From: Porticoccus sp.
GTDB taxonomy: Bacteria; Pseudomonadota; Gammaproteobacteria; Pseudomonadales; Porticoccaceae
Length of the DNA stretch: 58,932 bases
Direction: 5' to 3' (one strand)
Assembly (NCBI GenBank): GCA_041592135.1
Contig: JBFHQR010000001.1
Shown here: positions 1 to 10,121 of the stretch, piece after piece
How positions within the stretch are numbered: the first letter of the stretch is position 1
How the letters are laid out: every line of letters begins with the position of its first letter
Notes under the pieces: model-generated
What the model was told of the DNA's origin: nothing
Databases searched by the model: none
The model's input: only the letters and a program-made list of their open reading frames with translations
Program-made: the position numbers and the translations under genes

Positions 1-54
1 CGCTTCAGGGCGATTGGGCGGGATGATTTTCTGGCCATGGGGGGCGAATTATGA
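1..54 (+). CDS. pxpB: C-terminal fragment of probable 5-oxoprolinase subunit B (KipI/allophanate hydrolase subunit 1 family), cut by window edge
   Basis: Frame 1 reads RFRAIGRDDFLAMGGEL*, resembling PxpB C-termini. Its stop overlaps the pxpC start (ATGA, 51-54). Confidence 0.6.
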   Translation, partial: RFRAIGRDDFLAMGGEL

Positions 55-992
55 GCACTTCCGGATTGGTGGTGGAGCGCCCCGGGGTATTGACCCTGAT
101 TCAGGATGCCGGGCGCAGCGGTTGCCAGCGCCTGGGGATCACCACCGGTGGTCCCGCCGATCCACTGGCCTTTGACTGGGCCAATCGCCTCTGTGGCAAT
201 GGTCCCGGCGCGGCCGCCCTGGAATTGTCGGTGGGGGGGCTGGCGCTGAGTGCCGAGGTGGCGACCCGTGTCGCCCTGTGCGGTGCTTATATGCCGTTCA
301 GTATCAACGGACGGATTCTCCCATCCTGGTGCAGTTACCAGGTTAATCCCGGTGACAGGATCGAAGTCGGTTTTGCCCGTGCGGGGGTGCGCGCCTACCT
401 GGCGGTGGCCGGCGGCCTGGACCTCCCGCCAACCCTGGGCAGTGTCGCGACGGTGGTGCGCGAGGGCCTGGGCGGATTGCACGGCACCAAACTGGCCGCA
501 GGTGATCATCTGCCCTGCGGTGATGCGGGGGAGGGCGATTGCCTCCGGGTGCCGGCCGGATACCGCCCGGTCTACACCAAGCGGGTACTGTTGCGGGTGG
601 TTACCGGCTACCAGTACGAGACTTTCGATGAGGAGCAACAACAGCGTTTTTTTGCCTCGGAGTACCGGGTGTCCGGGCAGTGCGATCGGATGGGCTATCG
701 CCTGGAGGGGCCCGCTGTGCATTGTGAACTGCCGGACATGTTATCCGAAGGCATCTGTCTCGGGGCCGTCCAGTTGCCGCCGGACGGCCAGCCCATTGTG
801 TTGATGTGCGACCGGCAGACCATTGGCGGCTACCCCAAACTGGGGTCGGTGATTTCGGTCGATCTGGCCCAGCTGGCACAGTTACCCCCCGGCGGCAAGG
901 TCAATTTTGCGCCGATCAGTGTGGAGCAGGCCCGCCAGGTCAGGATGATGGCGACCCGGCAGTTTCAGCAGCTGAGTCCGGAGGTGTGTTGA
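51..992 (+). CDS. pxpC: 5-oxoprolinase subunit C (KipA / carboxyltransferase-like family)
   Basis: Motifs IQDAGR, RAYLAVAGG, DRMGYRL and GAVQLPPDGQPIVLMCDRQTIGGYPKLG; 313 aa. Confidence 0.9.
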   Translation: MSTSGLVVERPGVLTLIQDAGRSGCQRLGITTGGPADPLAFDWANRLCGNGPGAAALELSVGGLALSAEVATRVALCGAYMPFSINGRILPSWCSYQVNPGDRIEVGFARAGVRAYLAVAGGLDLPPTLGSVATVVREGLGGLHGTKLAAGDHLPCGDAGEGDCLRVPAGYRPVYTKRVLLRVVTGYQYETFDEEQQQRFFASEYRVSGQCDRMGYRLEGPAVHCELPDMLSEGICLGAVQLPPDGQPIVLMCDRQTIGGYPKLGSVISVDLAQLAQLPPGGKVNFAPISVEQARQVRMMATRQFQQLSPEVC

Positions 993-1023
993 TGGCGAAG
1001 TACTTCAAAGGGACATACCGGTC

Positions 1024-1881
1024 ATGAACGTCGACGCCGACCTATTGCTCAGCCAGCGTATCGAACAGTTGCTGGTGGAGCGCAATCTGCGCGGCATGGC
1101 CGACCTGCGGGCGCACCTGAAGCCCGGTTACTGCCTGCGAGCGGCACAGTTGCTGCGGGATTGCCGCGGCCCGGCATTGATCGGCACCGGTTTCCCGGTG
1201 CTGGATACCTTTGAAACCGACGGGCCGGCCGGGGCCATTGCCCTCTACCGGGTTCTGGAGGCGCTGGGGTCAGAGCCGGTGCTGGTCTGTGGTGAACAGC
1301 TGGCCAATGCCCTGGCAGGAGACTATCGGGTAGAGGCCATGCCCCTGGGGCCAGTCCCCGGGCTGATAGACAAGGTCAAGGAAGTGGTCGGCCGCATCGA
1401 CCCCGAATTGCTGATCAGTATTGAACTGCCGGGGCGGGCGGCGGATGGCCGCTACTACAATATGAGGGGAGAGGACATCAGTGAACACTGCTTCTGTTTT
1501 GATGATTTTCTCAGTGTGTTGGCCTGTCCCTCTGTCGCCATCGGCGACGGCGGCAATGAAATTGGCATGGGCAACGTGGTTGGCGGCCTGGCCGGGCTCG
1601 ACATTATCCCGGCGGCCACCTGCTGTGATGAGCTGGTGATTGCCGATGTGTCCAATTGGGCGGCCCACGGCCTGGTGGCCATGCTCAGTTACTGGAGTGG
1701 CGAGGATTATCTGGCCCGTTGGGATAATCGCCTTGTGCTGGAGTATTTGGCGGTCAGGGGCAGTGTCGACGGTGTGACCCGTGAAAACACCCTGTCCGAG
1801 GATGGCCTGCCCTGCGAGAGTGGCAAGCTACTGGTTGAGGCCTTGCAGCAGCTGGTGGCAGAGGCCAGGTCGGCTCCTTAA
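1024..1881 (+). CDS. DUF4392 / D-glutamate cyclase-like C-terminal domain protein
   Basis: Motifs GTGFP, ETDGPAGA, IELPGRAADGRYYNMRG, AIGDGGNEIGMG, VSNW and DGVT; located next to pxpBC. Confidence 0.8.
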   Translation: MNVDADLLLSQRIEQLLVERNLRGMADLRAHLKPGYCLRAAQLLRDCRGPALIGTGFPVLDTFETDGPAGAIALYRVLEALGSEPVLVCGEQLANALAGDYRVEAMPLGPVPGLIDKVKEVVGRIDPELLISIELPGRAADGRYYNMRGEDISEHCFCFDDFLSVLACPSVAIGDGGNEIGMGNVVGGLAGLDIIPAATCCDELVIADVSNWAAHGLVAMLSYWSGEDYLARWDNRLVLEYLAVRGSVDGVTRENTLSEDGLPCESGKLLVEALQQLVAEARSAP

Positions 1882-1898
1882 GAAGACGGGATTTATCT

Positions 1899-1927
1899 TT
1901 GCCTGCCTGCGGGGCCACTGCTAAGAT
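1899..1927 (+). promoter_or_regulatory. Candidate sigma70 promoter for dat-alr
   Basis: TTGCCT (1899-1904), 17-nt spacer, TAAGAT (1922-1927) with an extended -10 TG, 54 nt upstream of the dat ATG. Confidence 0.4.
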
Positions 1928-1981
1928 CAGCCGCTTTTCCCGGGCCGGGCTGGTTGGCAAGCTTAGAGAGCTGAGTGAACG

Positions 1982-2836
1982 ATGAGCACAGTATTTTTGA
2001 ACGGTGATTACCTGCCCATGGAGGAAGCCCGCATTTCACCCATGGACCGGGGCTTCCTGTTCGGCGATGGCATTTACGAGGTGCTGCCTTCCTACCGGGG
2101 CAAAATGATCGGTTTTGACCTGCATCTGGCGCGCATGAACAATGGTCTGGCTGCCATTGGCATCGAACTGGGTTGGAGCAATGCCCGCTGGCGGGAGCTG
2201 TGCGACACCCTGATCGATGCCAATGGCGGCGGCAACCTCGCGCTGTACCTGCAGGTCAGTCGCGGCGCTGACACGCGCCGCTTTCACGCCTACCCGGAAA
2301 ATGTCACGCCGACGGTGTTCGCCTTTACCTTCGAAATCCCCGCGGAGCCGGTGGCCGACAAGTCCCGCGCAGCCTATCGGGTGGTGACGGATCGGGATCT
2401 GCGCTGGGAGCGCTGCCATATCAAATCCACGGCACTGCTGGGCAACGTGCTGCATTTCCAGCAGGGCTACCAGCAGGGGGCCGATGAAACCCTGTTGTTC
2501 AACGAGCGGGATGAACTCACCGAGGCCAGTGCCTGCAACGCCTATATCGTCAAGGATGGGGTGGTGATCACCCCGCCGCTGGACAACCACAAGCTGCCGG
2601 GTATCACCCGTCACATTTTGCTGGAGCTGCTGCGCAAGGACGGCCGCATTCCGGTGGAAGAGCGGGCGGTGACCAAAGCGGAAGTGTTCAATGCCGACGA
2701 GGTCTGGGTCACCAGTTCCTCCAAGGAGGTGGTGCCGGTGATCGAGGTGGATGGCAAGCCTGTCGGCAATGGCGAGATCGGCGATGTCTGGCTGCTGGCC
2801 CAGCAGATCTATTCTGCCGGTAAGTACGACTACTGA
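1982..2836 (+). CDS. dat: D-amino-acid aminotransferase (PLP fold type IV)
   Basis: DRGFLFGDGIYEV, YLQVSRG..RFH, DLRWERCHIKSTALLGNVL (catalytic Lys, D-AAT-like) and LPGITR. Confidence 0.8.
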   Translation: MSTVFLNGDYLPMEEARISPMDRGFLFGDGIYEVLPSYRGKMIGFDLHLARMNNGLAAIGIELGWSNARWRELCDTLIDANGGGNLALYLQVSRGADTRRFHAYPENVTPTVFAFTFEIPAEPVADKSRAAYRVVTDRDLRWERCHIKSTALLGNVLHFQQGYQQGADETLLFNERDELTEASACNAYIVKDGVVITPPLDNHKLPGITRHILLELLRKDGRIPVEERAVTKAEVFNADEVWVTSSSKEVVPVIEVDGKPVGNGEIGDVWLLAQQIYSAGKYDY

Positions 2837-2874
2837 CACGCCACACTGTTACCGGAGCAACGACGAAACCCTAT

Positions 2875-3969
2875 ATGTCCAGACCTGCGAAAGCCCTGAT
2901 TGATCTCGATGCCCTGCGCCACAACGTCGCGCTGGCCAACGGTCTGTCCCCCCATTCCGGCACCATGGCCATCGTCAAGGCCAATGCCTATGGCCACGGT
3001 GCGGTAGCGGTGGCGCGGGCGATTGAGGAGATGGTGCCGGCGTTCGGGGTGGCCTGTCTCGAGGAGGCGCTGGAGTTGCGGGAGGCGGGCATCGCCAAGC
3101 CGGTCTGCCTGATGGAAGGGGCTTTCTGTCCCGATGAAATTGCCGTCGCGGCAGAGCATGATTGCTGGCTGTCGGTGGTCAACCGGGAGCAGTTGCAGGC
3201 CCTTGTCGCCGCCAGACTGAGCCGACCGGTCAAGGCCTGGCTGTGGGTGGACAGCGGCATGCACCGCCTGGGCATCCGGCCCGAAGAGATTGTTGACAGC
3301 CATGCCGCGCTGAACGCCTCGAGCAATGTCGCGGATGGCATTGTGCTGGCGACCCATTTTGCCTGTGCCGATGAGCTGCACAACGACTTCACCCGACAGC
3401 AGCTGTCGCGTCTGCAAGCGGGCATGGCGGGGCTGCCAGAGCAGCCCAAAGTGCCCCTCAGTCTGGCCAATTCCGCCGCGCTGCTGGCCTGGCCCGAGTG
3501 CCGTGCCGACTGGAATCGCCCCGGCATCATGCTCTACGGCAGCTCACCCTTTCCCCAGTCCCACCCGGAGGCGGACAAGTTACAGCCGGTGATGACCCTG
3601 GTGTCTTCAGTTATAGCCCTCCGGGATGTGCCGGTCGGCGAGTCGGTGGGGTATGCGGCGCGCTGGCGTGCCGCCCGGCCCAGCCGCATCGCCACGGTGG
3701 CCATCGGTTACGGCGATGGCTATCCCGTGCACGCCCCGGATGGCACCCCTGTGCTGGTCAAGGGGCAGCGCTGTCCGCTGGTGGGCAGAGTGTCCATGGA
3801 TATGATCACCGTGGATGTGACGCAGCTGTCCGAGGTGACGCTGGGGGATGAAGTGGTGCTGTGGGGCAGGGGGTTGTCGGTCAACGAAGTGGCCGACAGC
3901 GCCGGAACCATCAGCTATGAACTGCTGACCCGTATGCCCCGGCGGGTGCCACGCATTTATTCCGCGTAG
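2875..3969 (+). CDS. alr: Alanine racemase
   Basis: AIVKANAYGHG PLP-lysine motif, DSGMHRLG, RPGIMLYG, GYGDGYP and GRVSMDM. Confidence 0.93.
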   Translation: MSRPAKALIDLDALRHNVALANGLSPHSGTMAIVKANAYGHGAVAVARAIEEMVPAFGVACLEEALELREAGIAKPVCLMEGAFCPDEIAVAAEHDCWLSVVNREQLQALVAARLSRPVKAWLWVDSGMHRLGIRPEEIVDSHAALNASSNVADGIVLATHFACADELHNDFTRQQLSRLQAGMAGLPEQPKVPLSLANSAALLAWPECRADWNRPGIMLYGSSPFPQSHPEADKLQPVMTLVSSVIALRDVPVGESVGYAARWRAARPSRIATVAIGYGDGYPVHAPDGTPVLVKGQRCPLVGRVSMDMITVDVTQLSEVTLGDEVVLWGRGLSVNEVADSAGTISYELLTRMPRRVPRIYSA

Positions 3970-3970
3970 C

Positions 3971-4018
3971 TTTTATTCCCAGTCACTTGTATTCCCAGTC
4001 ACTTTTATTCCGAGTCAC
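3971..4018. repeat. Tandem repeat, 3 x 16 bp
   Basis: ttttattcccagtcac / ttgtattcccagtcac / ttttattccgagtcac between the convergent alr and SSS transporter genes. The third copy contains the transporter stop codon. Confidence 0.85.
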
Positions 4019-5426
4019 TTTCCCGCCGTGGCTGGCGAAAACCCAGCTGGAGGCCCGCCGTCAGGATCAGCAAGCCTGTCAGAATCCCCGCCATACCCTC
4101 GTAGGCGGCATGGTGCCAACCCAGTTGACGCCACAGCAAAGCGCTGGCCAGGCCGCCCATAATTGCCGCCAGGCTCAGCCGGGGCGAGGGCCTGGCGCCC
4201 ACACAAAGCGCTAACAGCAGCGGCGCAAAGGCACTGGCCAGTCCCGACCAGGCCAGCACCACCAGGCTGAACACGCTTTGACTATTGCCCAGGGCCCACA
4301 GTAGTGCCGCCAGTGTCACCAGGACGGTGACAGCTTTCATGAAGCTGGTGTGCTCGATCCGGTGAGGTAGCAGGTCGTGGGTGATGGCCGCCGAGCAGCC
4401 CAGTACCAGCGAATCGGCGGTGGACATGGTGGCGGCGAAGATGCCCGCCAGTACCAGCCCCACCAACACTGGCGGGAACAGCGCCAGAGCCATGGTGGGC
4501 AGTGCCAGCTCGGCGTCGAAACTGCCGCTATCACTGAGGTAGACCCGGGACAGCATGCCGACGGCGGTGGCCATGGCGTAGAACAGCAGATACCAGAGGT
4601 AGTACCAGCAGCGCGCCCGGTTCATCTGCGCGCTGTCCTTCAGGCTCATGAAACGGATCATGATGTGGGGCTGGCCTATCACCGACAAGCCGGCGAACAT
4701 CCAGCTGGCGGCAAATAACAATCCACCGGCCAAACCTGGCAGGGCGAGGTCGGAGGGGAACCAGTTGAGGAACCCCTGTACGTCGGACATCGCCGCATAG
4801 GCCCCCGCACTGCCCCCCAGCGCGGTCGTGGCGGCGATGAGCAGCAGGCCCATGGCAACCAGCATCACCATGGACTGGGCGGCATCGGTCCAGATGGAGG
4901 CGCGAATGCCACCAGCATAGCAGTATAGGCAGACCAGGCTGGCGGATAGCGTGGCGCCGGCCCAGGCTGGCCACTCGAACAATACCTGTAAGGCCTTGCT
5001 GCCGGCCACCAGCTGGGCGCTGGCGTAGGCCAGCAGAAAGACCAGCGAAATGATGCCCATGCTGCGCTGCAAGCCGTTATGGCTGCCGCCATACCAGTTG
5101 CTGAGGACGCCCGCATAGCTGACTTCTGCCGTTTTCGGCGCCTGTTCCCGCAGGCGTCGGTGCACAAATTGCGAGGCCAGGAAATCGCCGGCAATCCAGC
5201 CCAGCATCAGCCAGACGGCGGAGAGACCGGCGGTGTAGGTGTAGCCGATCACACCGATAAACATGTAGCCACTGTTGTTGGTGGCCACGGCGGACAGCCC
5301 CACCAGCCAGGGCTGCACACTGTTGCTGGCGAGATAGTAATCCTGTTTGGTGCCGCGACTGCGCCTGGCGGACAGCAGCCCGACCAGGGTAAACATCAGC
5401 AGAAAGCCGATAAATGAGACGATCAA
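4005..5426 (-). CDS. Sodium:solute symporter (SSS family, PutP-like); possible compatible-solute transporter
   Basis: Highly hydrophobic 473 aa with DYYLA, SAVATNNSGYMFIG, GGIRASIWTD, GQPHIMIRFM and AATMSTADS. TTG start overlaps the upstream stop. Confidence 0.85.
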   Translation of the reverse strand: MIVSFIGFLLMFTLVGLLSARRSRGTKQDYYLASNSVQPWLVGLSAVATNNSGYMFIGVIGYTYTAGLSAVWLMLGWIAGDFLASQFVHRRLREQAPKTAEVSYAGVLSNWYGGSHNGLQRSMGIISLVFLLAYASAQLVAGSKALQVLFEWPAWAGATLSASLVCLYCYAGGIRASIWTDAAQSMVMLVAMGLLLIAATTALGGSAGAYAAMSDVQGFLNWFPSDLALPGLAGGLLFAASWMFAGLSVIGQPHIMIRFMSLKDSAQMNRARCWYYLWYLLFYAMATAVGMLSRVYLSDSGSFDAELALPTMALALFPPVLVGLVLAGIFAATMSTADSLVLGCSAAITHDLLPHRIEHTSFMKAVTVLVTLAALLWALGNSQSVFSLVVLAWSGLASAFAPLLLALCVGARPSPRLSLAAIMGGLASALLWRQLGWHHAAYEGMAGILTGLLILTAGLQLGFRQPRRESDSE

Positions 5427-6064
5427 CCGGGCATCTCCACATGGAGTACCTGGCCACGTACACGGGTGGGCAGGTCGAGGGTGAGATGGGTCATTTCCAG
5501 TGGATAACGCCGTGCCAGCTGTTTGCTCAGTGCCAGAAAGGGCGCCCGTCCGCTATCGGCCAGCACCAGTTGCCCGCCGCCCTGGTGTGCCAGTTGCAGG
5601 CAGAGTGTTTCGATGTGGCGGGCTATTTCCGCCGTGTAGCAGATATCCGCCCCGATCAGCAGGTCCACCGGTTGCAAGTCCCAGCTTCCAAGCTCCTGCA
5701 CGCTGCAATGGTGGATCGGCACGCGGGTGGCGTTGTGTCGGCACAGGAGTTCCTGATAGGCAAACACGTTGCTGTCGATATCCGTGGCGGCGACCTCCAC
5801 CCCGCAGTGTTTTTGCAGGTAGAGCCCCCCGAGTCCCCAGCCGCAGCCTAATTCGATTGCACGGGCAATCCGGGCGTCCAGATAGTTCGCCAGATAGTGG
5901 ATCAACAGATAGCTGGATCGCCAGATGCGGGAGCCGAACTCACAGGGTGTGTGACCCTGCTCGCGCAGTTCCAGCACCTCAGGATGATTGGGTTTGAGGG
6001 CCTTTACGCCCTGTACGTAGAACTGCTTGTGCGGACCCTTGAGGGTTTCGGTGACGGAATGCAT
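5423..6064 (-). CDS. Class I SAM-dependent methyltransferase, METTL21/family-16-like
   Basis: GSRIWRSSYLL, motif I IELGCGWGLGG, post-I AATD and the DLLIGADICY (DxxY) signature. Confidence 0.8.
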   Translation of the reverse strand: MHSVTETLKGPHKQFYVQGVKALKPNHPEVLELREQGHTPCEFGSRIWRSSYLLIHYLANYLDARIARAIELGCGWGLGGLYLQKHCGVEVAATDIDSNVFAYQELLCRHNATRVPIHHCSVQELGSWDLQPVDLLIGADICYTAEIARHIETLCLQLAHQGGGQLVLADSGRAPFLALSKQLARRYPLEMTHLTLDLPTRVRGQVLHVEMPG

Positions 6065-6070
6065 TGCCCG

Positions 6071-7510
6071 CTACACCGCCAGGCAGATGGCGCGGCCGTG
6101 ATCGTGGACCTCAACCAGGCATTGGTGCAGGCTCTTGATGGCGTCTTCCCAGTGCGCCTCATTGATCACGAACTGCATGTCCACCTGGCGCATGGACTGG
6201 TGCATGGCCAGTACGCTGATGTCCTGTTCCGCCAGCGCCGCCACGGTTTTCGCCAGCAGGCCGGGAACCTGCATGTCGCTGCCGATGGCGGAGACAATGG
6301 CCACTTCCTGCTGGTTGATTTCCGCCTCGGGAAAGGTTTCTTCCAGTGCCCGGCAGATGCGCTTCACCGTCTTCAGGTTGGTGGAGAGGTAGTGGGTGAT
6401 GGTGTTGGCGTTGATGTCCTTCGAGATGACATGGGCGCGGAAACGCTCGATCACGTCCAGGATGGCGCTGTCGCAGCGGCTGTAGTTGCCGGCCATATCC
6501 TGGTTGAACAGCTCGATGGCGAACACGCCGCGGCAGCCGGCGATGATCTCCACGCAGGGGGTGTCGCTGACATAATCGCTGGTGATCAGGGTGCCACTGT
6601 GCTCCGGTTCAAAGGTGTTTTTCACCCGCAGCGGAATCTGCTTCTGGCGCAAGCCCTTGGCGGCCTTGGGGTGAATGGCCTCCATGCCGAGGTTGGCCAG
6701 CTGGTCGGCCACGTCGTAGTTGGTGCGGCCAATCGGCACCGCTTTTTCATCGCCCACCACCCGTGGGTCGGCGCTGCTGAGGTGGAACTCCTTGTGGATG
6801 ACGGCCTCGCGGGCGCCCGTCATCACCGCCAGGCGACTGAAGGTCATTTCACTGTAACCCCGGTCGAAGGTGGACATCAGCCCCTCACCGGTGTGGGCAT
6901 AGCCGGTGACAATGGGCAGTTCAGACGCCAGGTCCACCCCTTGAAATACCGTTTCAATGCGCTCGTCCAGAGACATGTGGCGGCTGCTCTGCCAGCCGGT
7001 CAGGTCCACAAAACGGGCGTTGATACCATCCCGCTGCAATAGCTGGGCGGTATTCCAGGTGCTGTGGGCCTCGCCGATACTGGCGAGCATCTCCCGCACC
7101 GTGTCCAGGTGGACCTCCAGGGCAAAGTGGCCGTGCTGGCAGAGTTTCTTGAGATCGGTGAGGCAGCGCTCCGCCTCTTCCAGCCGATTGCCAATGAACT
7201 GATTGGCAGCCGTCAGCAGTGGCTGTTCGGGGAACAACGCTTGGTTGATGGCAAACAACTGTTCTTTCAAGGCGGCCAGCAGCTCCTGCCAGCTGTCGTC
7301 TTTGACGCCATTGGCAAAGGACGCGAACACCCCGGGTTGCCCGGTTTTCTTGTGCTCGAGCAGTTGGTCGGTGATGCCACCATAGGCGGATACCACAAAG
7401 ATGCGTTGGTAGCGGTCCTTGCCTGCGGGCCTCAGGATGATATTGTCCCTGACGGCGGCGTAGTTGCTCATGGAGGTGCCGCCGATTTTTTCCACACTGT
7501 GAAAACCCAT
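6071..7510 (-). CDS. ask: Aspartate kinase, ectoine-associated (Ask_Ect)
   Basis: Start set at MGFHSVEKIGGTSM; VVSAYGGITD, FDRGYSE and C-terminal ACT domain; directly follows ectC. Confidence 0.92.
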   Translation of the reverse strand: MGFHSVEKIGGTSMSNYAAVRDNIILRPAGKDRYQRIFVVSAYGGITDQLLEHKKTGQPGVFASFANGVKDDSWQELLAALKEQLFAINQALFPEQPLLTAANQFIGNRLEEAERCLTDLKKLCQHGHFALEVHLDTVREMLASIGEAHSTWNTAQLLQRDGINARFVDLTGWQSSRHMSLDERIETVFQGVDLASELPIVTGYAHTGEGLMSTFDRGYSEMTFSRLAVMTGAREAVIHKEFHLSSADPRVVGDEKAVPIGRTNYDVADQLANLGMEAIHPKAAKGLRQKQIPLRVKNTFEPEHSGTLITSDYVSDTPCVEIIAGCRGVFAIELFNQDMAGNYSRCDSAILDVIERFRAHVISKDINANTITHYLSTNLKTVKRICRALEETFPEAEINQQEVAIVSAIGSDMQVPGLLAKTVAALAEQDISVLAMHQSMRQVDMQFVINEAHWEDAIKSLHQCLVEVHDHGRAICLAV

Positions 7511-7568
7511 TAAAAACTGTCTCCTTTTTTCGGGCTGGTATCGCTGGAATACGTTGCTTGTCCCGTGC

Positions 7569-7973
7569 TTACGCGCCGATGGTCTCCGCTTCCAGCTCAT
7601 AGGCGCCGTCGGCGTTGTGTACTTCCTTGCCGTTCAGGGGCGGGTTGAACACACAGGCCATTTTCATCTCTGAAAAGGCTCTCAGGGTGTGGCGGTCGTG
7701 TTTGTCGAGCACGTAGAGTGTGCCGGGGGTAATAGAGTGAACCTTGCCGTCATCGAGGGTTTCCACTTCCCCTTCACCGGATAGGCAATAGACGGATTCA
7801 AGATGGTTTTGGTAGTGCATATTGAAATCTGCACCGGCATAGATGGTGGTGATGTGAAAGGAAAAGCCCATGTTGTCGTCCTTCAGCAGCATCCGGGTAC
7901 TTTCCCAGTTGCCGTCGGGGGAGACGATGCGGCGGTTGCTTTGTTCGGCGTATTGCAGGTGTCTGACGATCAT
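7569..7973 (-). CDS. ectC: Ectoine synthase
   Basis: [36 protein letters not shown] and [13 protein letters not shown]. Confidence 0.96.
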   Translation of the reverse strand: MIVRHLQYAEQSNRRIVSPDGNWESTRMLLKDDNMGFSFHITTIYAGADFNMHYQNHLESVYCLSGEGEVETLDDGKVHSITPGTLYVLDKHDRHTLRAFSEMKMACVFNPPLNGKEVHNADGAYELEAETIGA

Positions 7974-8050
7974 GTTGGTCTCAATCTCAAATAAATTGGC
8001 CGATACCCGCCATCGCTGGTGTGGGTGTCGGTATGGAAAGCAGGGTAGGG

Positions 8051-9897
<1,847 letters not shown>

Positions 9898-10017
9898 GCT
9901 GATTAAGCTCCCGGTTAAATAATATATACAGCTCAAATTATTATTGTTTATGGAGTCAGCAAATATTCATTTTAGTTTCAATATGTGATTGATATATTGT
10001 TTCCATATCCGAATTTA

Positions 10018-10039
10018 AATGTTTAGAGATCGAAACATT
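10018..10039. promoter_or_regulatory. Inverted repeat, candidate EctR operator in the divergent ectA/ectR region
   Basis: AATGTTTAGA-GA-TCGAAACATT: 10-bp arms with one mismatch and a 2-bp spacer, in an AT-rich intergenic region. Confidence 0.55.
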
Positions 10040-10121
10040 GTACAGGATATCGGCAACCAGTCCAAATGAGCCCTGGCAACATTGGGCTATACTGGCCCGT
10101 CCGCAACACCGGGGGAACGTA

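Noticed and set aside
3971-4018. Possible mini-CRISPR array
   Set aside because: The repeats are 16 bp and directly adjacent, with no spacers and no cas genes.
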